Shown here: piece by piece, positions 8,798-17,638 of the stretch
How the letters are laid out: each line of letters starts with the position of its first letter
How positions within the stretch are numbered: position 1 is the stretch's first letter
NCBI RefSeq assembly: GCF_007748075.1
Contig: NZ_CP036280.1
Location: 2,580,001-2,612,000 of the forward strand
Direction: 5' to 3'
Source of the DNA: Mucisphaera calidilacus
GTDB lineage: Bacteria > Planctomycetota > Phycisphaerae > Phycisphaerales > Phycisphaeraceae
Length of the DNA stretch: 32,000 nucleotides
Notes under the pieces: model-generated
Seen by the model: only the letters and a program-made list of their open reading frames with translations
Database searches by the model: none
What the model was told of the DNA's origin: nothing
Program-made: the position numbers and the translations under genes

Positions 8798-8888
8798 ATG
8801 GGGTCTTTTAACCAGTTGCGCTTAACGCTGTCTGCGGGGTATTCGATAAGACACTGTAGACAGGAATCCTCTGATCTGAGGCCTTATC

Positions 8889-9080
8889 GTGAAGAACATC
8901 TGCATGATCTGCCCGAACCTCAAGTGCCGTTCCGTGCTGTCGGTGCCGGACCATGCGCGCGGGAAGAAGGTTCGGTGCAAGTCGTGCGGGATGCGGATTG
9001 GTGTTCCGATGCCTTCGTCGAATAACCCGGTTGAGGGTGAGGCGTTGGAGAAGGAGCCTCAGCAGGCCAAGAGCGGGTGA
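8889..9080 (+). CDS. Small zinc-ribbon protein (MJ0042-type finger-like)
   Basis: It has CPNLKC...(17 aa)...CKSCG, i.e. two Cys pairs. A GAGG Shine-Dalgarno lies 9 nt upstream of GTG 8889, and ATG 8904 is an alternative start. Confidence 0.55.
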   Translation: MKNICMICPNLKCRSVLSVPDHARGKKVRCKSCGMRIGVPMPSSNNPVEGEALEKEPQQAKSG

Positions 9081-9086
9081 GTCGTC

Positions 9087-9464
9087 TCAGGCTTTGAGAT
9101 CGTTTCCGGAAGTGGCGTGTTGATCCTGGGGGATGACGGTGATGACGGGCTGTCCGTCGTCGGGTTGTCCGTTGACGAGGACGCGGAAGGTGACGGGCCC
9201 GATCTCGATGTGGTCGCCCGCGTCGAGGGTGGCTTCTTCGACGCGTGTGCCGTTGCGGAAGGTCCCGTTGCTGGAGCCGAGGTCGCGGAGTCTGAGTCCG
9301 TCGTCGCTGACCTCGATGAGGCAGTGTCGGCGTGAGACGCTGGCGACGGGGATGCGCAGATCACAGCCGCCTGCGCGTCCGACGACGACGCGTTGTCCTT
9401 CGACGGGGAACTCCCGTCGGCTCCCGTCGGCTTTCACCATCATCAATGAGATCTGCATAGTCAT
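9087..9464 (-). CDS. FHA domain-containing protein (stand-alone)
   Basis: VVGRAGGCDLRIPVASVSRRHCLIEV.DDGLRLRDLGSSNGTFRNG is the canonical FHA signature (GR...SR.H...S.NGT). The length is 125 aa. Confidence 0.85.
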   Translation of the reverse strand: MTMQISLMMVKADGSRREFPVEGQRVVVGRAGGCDLRIPVASVSRRHCLIEVSDDGLRLRDLGSSNGTFRNGTRVEEATLDAGDHIEIGPVTFRVLVNGQPDDGQPVITVIPQDQHATSGNDLKA

Positions 9465-9502
9465 TCACACATGAGACGAGGCTCATATCATCATAACAAT
9501 TC

Positions 9503-10654
9503 ATGGACGCACACCCGAGCCATTTCGCCCAGATTTACAGCGTGTACGCGCATGTTCCGTTCTGCTTTCATAAGTGTCACTACTGCGACTTCTACAGCCT
9601 GGCGGAGCCGCGTGGGGACGCCAGTCGTCATCAGCCCTTTGCACGAGCGTTGTTGGGGGAGCTTGGAGCCCTTTCCGAGTCTTATCGGCTGGAACCGACG
9701 ACGGTATTCGTCGGTGGCGGCACGCCGACGCTGATGGGTGCCGATGTCTGGTCGTCTCTGCTGTACGACCTGCAGAGTCTGCTGGATCGTTCGAAGCTGC
9801 AGGAATTTACGGTGGAGGCGAATCCGGAGACGGTTACAGAAGACCTGGCGTCGGTATTGGTGGATGGGGGTGTGGATCGGTTTTCCCTGGGTGCCCAGTC
9901 GTTTCAGCCGGACCTTCTGAAGGCACTGGAGCGGTGGCATGATCCGGCGAGTGTGGGTCGGTCGGTGGGCATTTTGCGCAAAGCGGGGGTGAGTCGGCTG
10001 AACCTGGACATGATTTTCGCGATCCCGGGCCAGACGCTTGAGGATCTGGATCGCGATCTGGAGGCGGTGCTGGCGTTGGAGCCGGATCACGTGTCGTGTT
10101 ACGGGCTGACGTACGAGCCGAACACGCCTCTGACGACAAAGCTGCGTCTGGGTCGGGTGGATCGGGCGGACGAGGAGCTGGAGCGGGCGATGTACGAGCG
10201 GGTGATGGAGCGTCTGGGCGCGGCGGGGTTCGAGCATTACGAGATCAGCAACTGGGCTCGGCCGGGGCAGCGTTGCCTGCACAACATGGCGTACTGGGAG
10301 AACCGGGACTGGCTGGGGGTGGGGCCGTCGGCGGCGAGTCACGTGGGGGGTCGGCGTTGGAAGAACGAGGCGCACCTGGGGCGGTATCTGGAGGGGTGTC
10401 CGGAGCCGCCTGTGGTGGACGTTGAGGAGCTGAATGCGGCGCAGCGGCGTGGGGAGCAGCTGATGCTTAGGCTGCGTCTGATCGAGGGCGCCCCCCTGCC
10501 GTGGCTGGATGCGTTGCTTCCCGACGGTGACTGGCGCTGGGGTGAGATCAAGATGCTGATCTCGATGGGCCTGCTGGAGCGGACGGGGACGCATGTTCGG
10601 CTGACGCGTGCGGGGTTGTTTGTGGGTGACGATGTGGTGGCGAGGTTGCTGTGA
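9503..10654 (+). CDS. hemW: Radical SAM heme chaperone HemW (oxygen-independent coproporphyrinogen-III oxidase-like)
   Basis: It has YAHVPFCFHKCHYCDF (the CxxxCxxC radical-SAM cluster with the HemW-type context), GGGTPT, FSLGAQSF, and a C-terminal HemN_C-like region. The length is 383 aa. Confidence 0.9.
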   Translation: MDAHPSHFAQIYSVYAHVPFCFHKCHYCDFYSLAEPRGDASRHQPFARALLGELGALSESYRLEPTTVFVGGGTPTLMGADVWSSLLYDLQSLLDRSKLQEFTVEANPETVTEDLASVLVDGGVDRFSLGAQSFQPDLLKALERWHDPASVGRSVGILRKAGVSRLNLDMIFAIPGQTLEDLDRDLEAVLALEPDHVSCYGLTYEPNTPLTTKLRLGRVDRADEELERAMYERVMERLGAAGFEHYEISNWARPGQRCLHNMAYWENRDWLGVGPSAASHVGGRRWKNEAHLGRYLEGCPEPPVVDVEELNAAQRRGEQLMLRLRLIEGAPLPWLDALLPDGDWRWGEIKMLISMGLLERTGTHVRLTRAGLFVGDDVVARLL

Positions 10655-10669
10655 CGTTATGTTGCCTTC

Positions 10670-11695
10670 ATGTCCGCGGGTGACTTAGCCGTGCGTGCCG
10701 AGGTTCGTGTCGATACGGAGGGCCGGATCGATCAGGATCTGCCCTGCGCGGGGTGCGGTTACAACCTGCGGATGTCGTCGGCGGAGGGGGTGTGTGCTGA
10801 GTGCGGGGTGGGGGTGCGGCGGTCGATGCAGGTGTGGCGGCTGGGTCAGTGTGACCCCTTGTGGCTGCGGCGGATTTCGGCGGGGTTTTACTGGATCGCG
10901 GTGGGGATTCTGGTGCCGCTGGTGTTGGCGTTCGTGGTGCCTCGGCTGGTTCGTTCGATGTCCGCACGCGATGACTACCTGGCGGCTGCGTTGTTGGGGT
11001 TGCCGATCGCGGTGCTGATCGTGACGCTCGGTCTGGGTGTGTGGCGGATCACGTCGCCTAGCCCTGTGCAGAGCCCGACGCGGCTGATCGGCGTCACGCG
11101 TTGTGCGGGTCGGTGGTCGTGTGTGGCGTCGCTGGGGTTGTTGTTTATGGGGATCAACCTGTTTCTGGTTGATGTCTCGCTGGTGTGGCCTGCGGTGTTG
11201 CTGTCAGCGGTGAGTTCCCTGATCGCTGTCCTGATGCTGGTGTGGCTGCTTGAGCGGTTGGCTTCGCAAGTGAGAACGAAGCGGCTGCTTGCCGTGACGC
11301 GTATCCTGATGGGGTATGAGATTGTGTTTGTTTTGCTGGCGTCGGCCAACTATCTGCTGCTGGTTGATTACGGCTCAGCAGAGTTCATCATTGGATTCGC
11401 CATGCATTACATTGATCCGTATGTGTATGCCCCACCTCCGTGGCTTGCTGCCTCTCTGGGGCTGAGTATGTATGGGCAGCCGACGGGGTGGAGTGATATC
11501 TATGCTGAATTTTGGTGGGAGTATCGCGACAACTGGCTGACTCAGGCGGGGGTCTGGCCGGGCGTGGTGGGACTGGTGTTGCTGGCGTTGATGATGTTCT
11601 GGTACCGGCGACGCTTTCTGGACGCTTCGCGTGTGGCTCAGGGCGTGGTGGTGGACTCGGATTCGAGCACCGAGGCCCAGCGTGCTGAGTCGTAG
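10670..11695 (+). CDS. Membrane protein with an N-terminal CxxC...CxxC zinc ribbon
   Basis: It has CAGCGYNLRMSSAEGVCAECG followed by about 7 hydrophobic helices. Codon periodicity is coding-like. I recognised no family. Confidence 0.65.
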   Translation: MSAGDLAVRAEVRVDTEGRIDQDLPCAGCGYNLRMSSAEGVCAECGVGVRRSMQVWRLGQCDPLWLRRISAGFYWIAVGILVPLVLAFVVPRLVRSMSARDDYLAAALLGLPIAVLIVTLGLGVWRITSPSPVQSPTRLIGVTRCAGRWSCVASLGLLFMGINLFLVDVSLVWPAVLLSAVSSLIAVLMLVWLLERLASQVRTKRLLAVTRILMGYEIVFVLLASANYLLLVDYGSAEFIIGFAMHYIDPYVYAPPPWLAASLGLSMYGQPTGWSDIYAEFWWEYRDNWLTQAGVWPGVVGLVLLALMMFWYRRRFLDASRVAQGVVVDSDSSTEAQRAES

Positions 11696-11778
11696 CAGCT
11701 GGCGGCCCAGGTGCCTAGGATGAGGCCCAGGATCGCGGCGAGGATGCGGTAGCGCCAGCGTTTACGGGGCCGGCTCAT
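11638..11778 (-). CDS. Candidate 46-aa single-pass membrane peptide, translationally coupled to secA
   Basis: Its ATG overlaps the secA TGA (GGATGAGCC, ATGA). The product MSRPRKRWRYRILAAILGLILGTWAASCYDS... has a positive-inside N-terminus and one TM helix. Among the 26 codons after the ATG that lie outside any other gene (11696-11775), 17 end in C, which is the - strand coding signature. The last 58 nt overlap the 3' end of the convergent gene antisense, in the frame where third positions coincide, so a partial shadow-ORF artefact remains possible. Confidence 0.4.
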   Translation of the reverse strand: MSRPRKRWRYRILAAILGLILGTWAASCYDSARWASVLESESTTTP

Positions 11779-14700
11779 CCCCGGCCCTTGCCGCGGGCGC
11801 GGCGCTGCTTGCGGTTGAGGGGTGCCTGCGGCTGGGCGCCGCCCTGCTCGCGCATCTGTGCGGCGCGTTCCTTGAGTCGCTGCTCGGTCTCGGCGGTCAT
11901 GGGTGGTGCTTCGGCGGTGGCGGTCCCGCCGTTCTGCGCGGCGCCGGCGATGGCGCTCTGAGCGGCGGGGTGCATGGCCTGCTGCTGGTTGCCGTAGACG
12001 TTGCGGAGCTGGACGTTGGGTGTGAGTTTGGCGCGGAAGATGAGTTCGGTGACGCGGTCGCGGACGCCTGCCTGCATCTCGCGGAACTGTCTTGCGCCCT
12101 CGCGTTTGTACTCGATGCGCGGGTCTTTCTCGGCGTAGCCACGGAGTCCGATGGAGTCCTTGAGCTGGTCCATGCCGTAGAGGTGATCTTTCCAGGCCTG
12201 GTCGAGGATCTGGAGGAGGACGAAGCGTTCGAGCTGGGTGAGTTCGGAGCGGAGGCTCTCGCGGCATCTTGGGTTGAGGTAGTCGGCGACGTCGTCGGCC
12301 TCGTCGAGTTCGTCGGGGAGGACCTCGACGCCGAAGCGTTCGCGGACCCAGGCGCAGACGGCGGGGAGGTCGTTCTGTCGTTGGCCGACTTCCTCGGCGA
12401 GGTAGCTCTCGAGCTTGCCGTCGCGGAGCCAGAGCTGTGCGGTGTCCATGAGGGTGTCGTAGATCTGCTGCGCGGTCATGGTGCCGACGGTGTCGTCGGT
12501 CCAGCCGAGCTGGTAGCGCTGGTTGGCGAGTCCGAGGAGCTGGTCGAGCGCCCATCGCTGGTCCTGGAGGGCGCCCTGGTAGACGGCCTCGAGGTGGTAC
12601 TCGACGGGGTAGACGATCTCGCGTTCGGAGTAGGCGTGCTTGGCTTTTTCGAGGATGTGTTCGATGACGTCTTCGACATCGCGTTCGAAGATGTCGTCGA
12701 TCTCGATGGTGACCTCGAACTTGGCCTTGGCCCACTCGGCGAGACGTTCGTGGCCGTACTTGGGTTCGAGGTAGACGGCGAGTTCGGAGAGGTCGCGTTT
12801 GTCGACCTGCTCGGCGGCGGCCTCGGTGAGGGCGTCGCGGACCTGCTCCTCGGACATGTCCTTGATGCGTGAGGCGGGGAGGTTGACGGAGAATCGGCTC
12901 ATGGCCCAGGTGGAGAGTCCCTTGGTGTCCCAGGTGTCGGGGTTGTGGGGGTCGGCCATGTACTCGCCGAGGGTGACGTTGATGGTGTCGCGGGAGTCGT
13001 CGATGGCACCGGAGCGGATGGCTTCCTCGAGGTCCTTGCGTGAGTCGAGGTGGATGCGAGCGGGGTCGAGGCTGAATTCGAGGTTCTGTCGGCACCACTC
13101 GGCGACCTGGCCTCGTCGGTACTCGGGGTCGAGGTAGAGCTCGCAGGCGTCGTCGATGGCCTCGTCGAAGTATTCGAAGATGAGGTCGCGGATCTCGCGG
13201 CCTTCGAGGACGCGTTGGCGGAGGTCGTAGAAGGTGTTTCGCTGGTGTTCCATGAGCTCGTCGAATTCGAGGAGCTGCTTGCGGATCTGGTAGTTGCGTT
13301 CCTCGACCTTGCGTTGGGCGCGTTCGACGGACTTGGTGACCCAGGAGTGTTCGATGGCGTCGCCTTCCTTCATGCCGAGGCGTGAGAGCGCGGCCATGGT
13401 GGTCTTGCCGGCGAAGAGTTTCATGAGGTCGTCTTCGAGGCTGATGAAGAATCGTGAGGAGCCGTTGTCGCCTTGTCGTCCGGCTCGGCCTCGGAGCTGG
13501 TTGTCGATGCGTCGTGCCTCGTGGCGTTCGGTGCCGACGATGTGGAGACCGCCCATGGCCTCGATGTGGTCCCAGATCTGGAGTCGGTGTCGTCGGAAGT
13601 CGGGGAGTGCGTCGAGTTCGGCGATGCAGGCTTCGAGGTCCATGCGTTCGGCCTTCTTTTCCTCGACCCAGCTGTACTGGACGACCCACTTGCGGAAGAG
13701 CTGTGTCTTGAGGTCTTCGTCGGTGAGTTCTTCGACGTCGCGTTTCTTGAGGCCGAGTTCGACGGCGGCGGTGTGCCGGTAGGCGAGTGCGATGAGTTCG
13801 TCGTCGGCCATGTCGGGGCTGGCCTGTTTGGGCAGGAGGTTGCGTTGCTGCCAGTGCCGGACGAGTTTTTCGCGAGGGATGGGTCGGAGCTTGATGTCGG
13901 TGCCGCGTCCGGCCATGTTGGTGGCGATCATGACGGCGCCGAGTTCGCCGGCGTTCTCGACGATGTGTGCTTCGCGTTCGTGCTGCTTGGCGTTGAGGGT
14001 TTCGTGCTTGATGCCGTGGCGCTGGGTGAGCAGCTTGGAGAGCATCTCGGACTTCTCGACGGAGGTGGTGCCGACGAGGACGGGTCTGCCGTAGTCGTGG
14101 ACGCGTTTGATCTCGTCGAGGATGGCGTTCCACTTGTCCTTGGCGGAGAGGAAGATGAGGTCTTCGCGGTCGTGTCGCGCGATGTCGCGGTTGGTGGGGA
14201 TGCAGACGACGTCGAGTTCGTAGATCTCGCGGAACTCGGTGGCCTCGGTGATGGCGGTGCCGGTCATGCCGGCGAGTCGCTTGTAGAGCTTGAAGAAGTT
14301 CTGCAGGGTGACGGTGGCCATCGTCTGCGTTTCCTGCTTGACCTCGACGTTCTCCTTGGTTTCGACGGCCTGGTGGAGTCCGTCGGACCACTGTCGGCCG
14401 ACCATGAGTCGTCCGGTGAACTCGTCGACGATGACGACGTCGCCGTCCTGCACGACGTATTCCTTGTCGCGTTCGTAGATGACGTGGGCGCGGAGGGCGT
14501 TCTCCAGGAGGTGGGGCAGGTCCATGTTGTTGCCGACGTAGAAGGAACCGATGTTGGCCTGCTTCTGGGCCTCCTCGACGCCGTCGTGGGCGAGGTAGAC
14601 GGCCTTGCGTTCGCGGTTGACCTCGTAGTACTGGGTGAACTGGTCGCGTTCGGCTTCGAGGATGGGGATCTTGTGGGCGAGTTCCTTCATCTCGGCCTTC

Positions 14701-15794
14701 ATCTCGGCGATCTTCTCCTTGTCGCGGGAGTTGCGGATGTCGCCTTCGAGCCCCTTGATGCGTAGGTTGGCCTGCTCGACCTTGTCGTCGGCGGCGTTGT
14801 ACTCGGCCTGGCACTGGATGAGGTGTCGCGCGAGCTGGTCGGCGAGTGCGTAGCGTGGCTGCTGGTCGTGGGCGGGGCCGGAGATGATGAGGGGTGTTCG
14901 TGCCTCGTCGATGAGGATGGAGTCGACCTCGTCGACGATGCAGAAGTCGCGTCGTTTCTGGACCTGCTCCTGGGTGGACATCTTCATGTTGTCGCGGAGG
15001 TAGTCGAAGCCGAACTCGGAGTTGGTGCCGTAGACGACGTCGCAGAGGTAGGCCTCGGCCTTGGCCTGCGGGGGTGCCATGTGGTGGGGGTGGATGGCTC
15101 CGACGGTGAGTCCGAGGGCGTAGTAGAAGGGGAAGACCCAGTCGCGGTCGCGTTGGACGAGGTAGTCGTTGACGGTGATGACGTGGCAGCCGTGGTTCTC
15201 GATGCAGGCGGCGTAGCAGGCGAGGGGCGCGACGATGGTCTTGCCCTCGCCGGTCTTCATCTCGGCGACCTTGCCTTCGGAGAGGACCATGCCGCCGATG
15301 AGCTGGACGTCGAAGGGGCGTGCGCGGAAGGGCGGGCGTGATTGGGGGTAGATCTCGCGGACGGCGTTGTAGAGTTCGAGGGGGACCTCGACCTGGAGGT
15401 AGCCGGGCGCGGGCGCACCGCCCTGGACGGGCTGGGGCTCGATCGCCTTAGATTTCTCGAGGGTCTCGTGGTAGAGCGGCTGGAGGTTTTCGGGGAGTTG
15501 TGTGGGGTCGAAGCCTGCTTCGGGGTCGAAGATTTTGCGGAGTCCGACGGCGCGGTCCATGGCCTCGCGTGCGACGGCCATGACCTCGGGGAGGATGCTG
15601 CTCATTGCCTGTCCGTCGGCGACGCGTTGGCGGAACTCGGCGGTCCTGGCCTTGAGTTGTTCGTCGGTGAGCTGGCGGACCTGCGACTCGAACTCGTTGA
15701 TCTGGGCGACGCGGCGGTGGTAGCTCTTGACCATGCGCTGGTTGCGTGAGCCGAAGAGTTTGCTGAAGACCTTGCTGACGGCCTTGGAGACCAT
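11775..15794 (-). CDS. secA: Preprotein translocase ATPase SecA (unusually long, 1339 aa)
   Basis: The motifs are Walker A MKTGEGKT, VNDYL..RD, the DEAD-like IVDEVDSILIDEARTPLIISG, TGTA, MAGRGTDI, HIVGTERHEARRIDNQLRGRAGRQGD.GSSRFF, ERNYQIRKQLLEFD and GLRGYAEKDP..EYKREG. A GAGG Shine-Dalgarno lies 8 nt upstream of the ATG. Confidence 0.97.
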   Translation of the reverse strand: MVSKAVSKVFSKLFGSRNQRMVKSYHRRVAQINEFESQVRQLTDEQLKARTAEFRQRVADGQAMSSILPEVMAVAREAMDRAVGLRKIFDPEAGFDPTQLPENLQPLYHETLEKSKAIEPQPVQGGAPAPGYLQVEVPLELYNAVREIYPQSRPPFRARPFDVQLIGGMVLSEGKVAEMKTGEGKTIVAPLACYAACIENHGCHVITVNDYLVQRDRDWVFPFYYALGLTVGAIHPHHMAPPQAKAEAYLCDVVYGTNSEFGFDYLRDNMKMSTQEQVQKRRDFCIVDEVDSILIDEARTPLIISGPAHDQQPRYALADQLARHLIQCQAEYNAADDKVEQANLRIKGLEGDIRNSRDKEKIAEMKAEMKELAHKIPILEAERDQFTQYYEVNRERKAVYLAHDGVEEAQKQANIGSFYVGNNMDLPHLLENALRAHVIYERDKEYVVQDGDVVIVDEFTGRLMVGRQWSDGLHQAVETKENVEVKQETQTMATVTLQNFFKLYKRLAGMTGTAITEATEFREIYELDVVCIPTNRDIARHDREDLIFLSAKDKWNAILDEIKRVHDYGRPVLVGTTSVEKSEMLSKLLTQRHGIKHETLNAKQHEREAHIVENAGELGAVMIATNMAGRGTDIKLRPIPREKLVRHWQQRNLLPKQASPDMADDELIALAYRHTAAVELGLKKRDVEELTDEDLKTQLFRKWVVQYSWVEEKKAERMDLEACIAELDALPDFRRHRLQIWDHIEAMGGLHIVGTERHEARRIDNQLRGRAGRQGDNGSSRFFISLEDDLMKLFAGKTTMAALSRLGMKEGDAIEHSWVTKSVERAQRKVEERNYQIRKQLLEFDELMEHQRNTFYDLRQRVLEGREIRDLIFEYFDEAIDDACELYLDPEYRRGQVAEWCRQNLEFSLDPARIHLDSRKDLEEAIRSGAIDDSRDTINVTLGEYMADPHNPDTWDTKGLSTWAMSRFSVNLPASRIKDMSEEQVRDALTEAAAEQVDKRDLSELAVYLEPKYGHERLAEWAKAKFEVTIEIDDIFERDVEDVIEHILEKAKHAYSEREIVYPVEYHLEAVYQGALQDQRWALDQLLGLANQRYQLGWTDDTVGTMTAQQIYDTLMDTAQLWLRDGKLESYLAEEVGQRQNDLPAVCAWVRERFGVEVLPDELDEADDVADYLNPRCRESLRSELTQLERFVLLQILDQAWKDHLYGMDQLKDSIGLRGYAEKDPRIEYKREGARQFREMQAGVRDRVTELIFRAKLTPNVQLRNVYGNQQQAMHPAAQSAIAGAAQNGGTATAEAPPMTAETEQRLKERAAQMREQGGAQPQAPLNRKQRRARGKGRG

Positions 15795-15963
15795 GTGAAT
15801 ACCTCGGGAGTTGGCAGGCCCGAGACGGCGTGGGCCGTCGCTGGGGGCGCTGTGGGGCGTTTGAACGTGGCGTCTGCGGGTGGGCAGGCACCTCAGGTGT
15901 CATCGGTTGTTGGGCGGGAGGCCGCGAGCCTGGATCGGCTGTGGCCGGGTGTGTCGATGCGGA

Positions 15964-16278
15964 TCAGAGGCTGGGGGCGGGCGGGGGGAGGTCGATCAGG
16001 TCGTTGCGGTCCGATAAGCGGGCGTGCTGCTGATCGTTGTGATCCGTGAGGCTGTTGAGGGCCCGGGGGGCGTCGTCGGCGTCGGTCCGGCCGGCGGCGG
16101 CGTTGGCGTGTCGGTCGATGGTGTGGATGGACCGCTGGGCGACGTGGACGAGGTGGAGCAGGTCGTGTGCGGAGGCGAGGGGCAGCGGTCCGGCACCGGC
16201 GAGGACGCAGGGTCCGAGGAGCATGAGGGCGAGGACGCCTGTCCATGCCGCGTTGGCGTTGGCGGTGCTGCGTTTCAC
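15964..16278 (-). CDS. Small hypothetical secreted/membrane-anchored protein
   Basis: Third-position C bias is strong, matching the - strand coding signature. The signal-like N-terminus is VKRSTANANAAWTGVLALMLLGPCVLAGAGPLPLASA. GTG 16278 is preferred because it is preceded by GGGGAAG. The track ORF extends to TTG 16314. I recognised no family. Confidence 0.5.
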   Translation of the reverse strand: MKRSTANANAAWTGVLALMLLGPCVLAGAGPLPLASAHDLLHLVHVAQRSIHTIDRHANAAAGRTDADDAPRALNSLTDHNDQQHARLSDRNDLIDLPPPAPSL

Positions 16279-16398
16279 TGCTTTTATCTTCCCCGGGTGG
16301 GGCGGTGAGTTCAAGTTGGGGGGTGATAATTGGAGCTTTTCGGCGCGGCCCTGAACGGATTCGGATCAGCCGATAAGATCCATAAGAACTGCATCTAT

Positions 16399-16416
16399 TG
16401 ACCGCCACGGCGGTCA
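16399..16416 (+). promoter_or_regulatory. Perfect palindrome/hairpin TGACCGCC-AC-GGCGGTCA abutting the sucC ribosome-binding site
   Basis: I read it directly: 8+8 nt perfect inverted repeat ending 1 nt before the AGGAAGG Shine-Dalgarno and 16 nt before the sucC ATG (16433). Its role (operator or translational hairpin) is unknown. Confidence 0.4.
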
Positions 16417-16432
16417 GGAAGGCCCCGATTCG

Positions 16433-17638
16433 ATGAACATTCATGAGTACCAGGCGCGCGAGTTGCTGATCAAGTTTGGTGTCCCCGTCCCGGCGGCGAT
16501 TGTGGTGACGAACCCGATGGACGCGGCGAAGGCTTTCGACAAGCTGGTGACTCGTCAGCACGGTGGCGGGATGGCGGTGGTGAAGGCTCAGGTGCACGCG
16601 GGCGGGCGTGGCAAGGGTGGGGGTGTGCGGATGGTTCGTTCTTCGGATGAAGCGCGTAAGGCGGCGACGGAGATCCTGACGCGTCCTCTGGTGACACCTC
16701 AGACCCCGCCCGAGGGTGTTCCGGTGACGAAGCTGATGGTGGCGGCGGGCGTGGAGATCGCCAAGGAGTATTACCTGGCGATCGCGGTGGACCGTAAGAA
16801 CAGCGCGCCGATCATCGTGGCGTCGGCTGAGGGCGGTATGGATATCGAGCAGGTGGCTCGTGAGAAGCCCGAGGCGATCATCCGGGAGCCGATCAGCCCG
16901 ATCGCGGGTCTGGCGCCGTATCAGGCGCGGAAGATCGCGTACCGGCTCGGTTTCAAGGGTCAGCAGGTGCGTATGGCGGGCAAGATCATGCACCAGCTGT
17001 CGGACCTGTTTCTGAAGTGCGACTGCTCGCTGGCGGAGATCAACCCGCTGATCGTGACCAAGCCGACGGACGAGCATCCGGACGGCGTGGTGATGGCGGT
17101 GGACGCGAAGATCAACTTTGACGAGAACGCGTTGATCCGGCAGGAGGACATCCGTTCGCTGGAGGACCCGACGGAGGTGAACGCGGACGAGGCGCACGCG
17201 TCGCGTTTCGGTCTGTCGTACATCAAGCTGGACGGCTCGATCGGGTGTCTGGTGAATGGTGCAGGTCTGGCGATGGCGACGATGGACATCATCAAGCTGC
17301 ACGGCGGGGAGCCGGCGAACTTCCTGGACGTGGGTGGTTCGGCGTCGGAGGAGGCGGTGACCGAGGCGTTCCGGATCATCCTGCAGGACCCGAAGGTCAA
17401 CGGGGTGCTGGTGAACATTTTTGGTGGTATCGCCAAGTGCGACACGATTGCGCGGGCGATCGTGGTGGCGGCGAAGGAAGTGGGTTTCACGGTGCCGCTG
17501 GTGGTCCGCCTGGAGGGCACGAACGTCGAGGAGGCACGGAAGATCCTCGAGGAGGCGAAGGCGGAGATCCCGACGATGCAGATCGGCGGGGACCTGACCG
17601 AGGCGGCGAAGATGATTACGGCGGCGACGGCGGCGTAA
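16433..17638 (+). CDS. sucC: Succinyl-CoA synthetase (ADP-forming) beta subunit
   Basis: It starts [18 protein letters not shown], has ATP-grasp motifs ([17 protein letters not shown]), then LAEINPL and [15 protein letters not shown]...[10 protein letters not shown]. The length is 401 aa. Confidence 0.95.
   Translation: MNIHEYQARELLIKFGVPVPAAIVVTNPMDAAKAFDKLVTRQHGGGMAVVKAQVHAGGRGKGGGVRMVRSSDEARKAATEILTRPLVTPQTPPEGVPVTKLMVAAGVEIAKEYYLAIAVDRKNSAPIIVASAEGGMDIEQVAREKPEAIIREPISPIAGLAPYQARKIAYRLGFKGQQVRMAGKIMHQLSDLFLKCDCSLAEINPLIVTKPTDEHPDGVVMAVDAKINFDENALIRQEDIRSLEDPTEVNADEAHASRFGLSYIKLDGSIGCLVNGAGLAMATMDIIKLHGGEPANFLDVGGSASEEAVTEAFRIILQDPKVNGVLVNIFGGIAKCDTIARAIVVAAKEVGFTVPLVVRLEGTNVEEARKILEEAKAEIPTMQIGGDLTEAAKMITAATAA

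Noticed and set aside
11280-11560. A noticeably lower-GC stretch in the 3' half of the zinc-ribbon membrane protein gene, which might be a foreign or chimeric segment.
   Set aside because: Reading the codons shows the drop comes from Tyr/Phe/Ile/Met/Trp-rich protein sequence plus the T-ending codon preference shared by + strand genes. There is no break in frame or in strand bias.
13473-14765. A 430-aa Gly/Val/Asp/Glu/Ala-rich ORF on the + strand, antisense to secA. Related ORFs lie at 11970-12872, 14823-15341 and 15342-15749.
   Set aside because: These are antisense shadows of secA. Their composition is what the reverse complement of C-ending codons produces, and they contain no recognisable domain.
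11779-14814. A 1058-aa Arg/Pro/His/Thr-rich ORF on the same strand as secA but in another frame.
   Set aside because: It is an alternative frame of a gene with strongly biased codons, and it is low-complexity throughout. SecA motifs unambiguously define the true frame. Only its last 46 codons (11638-11778, starting at an internal ATG that overlaps the secA stop) look protein-like, and I report those separately.
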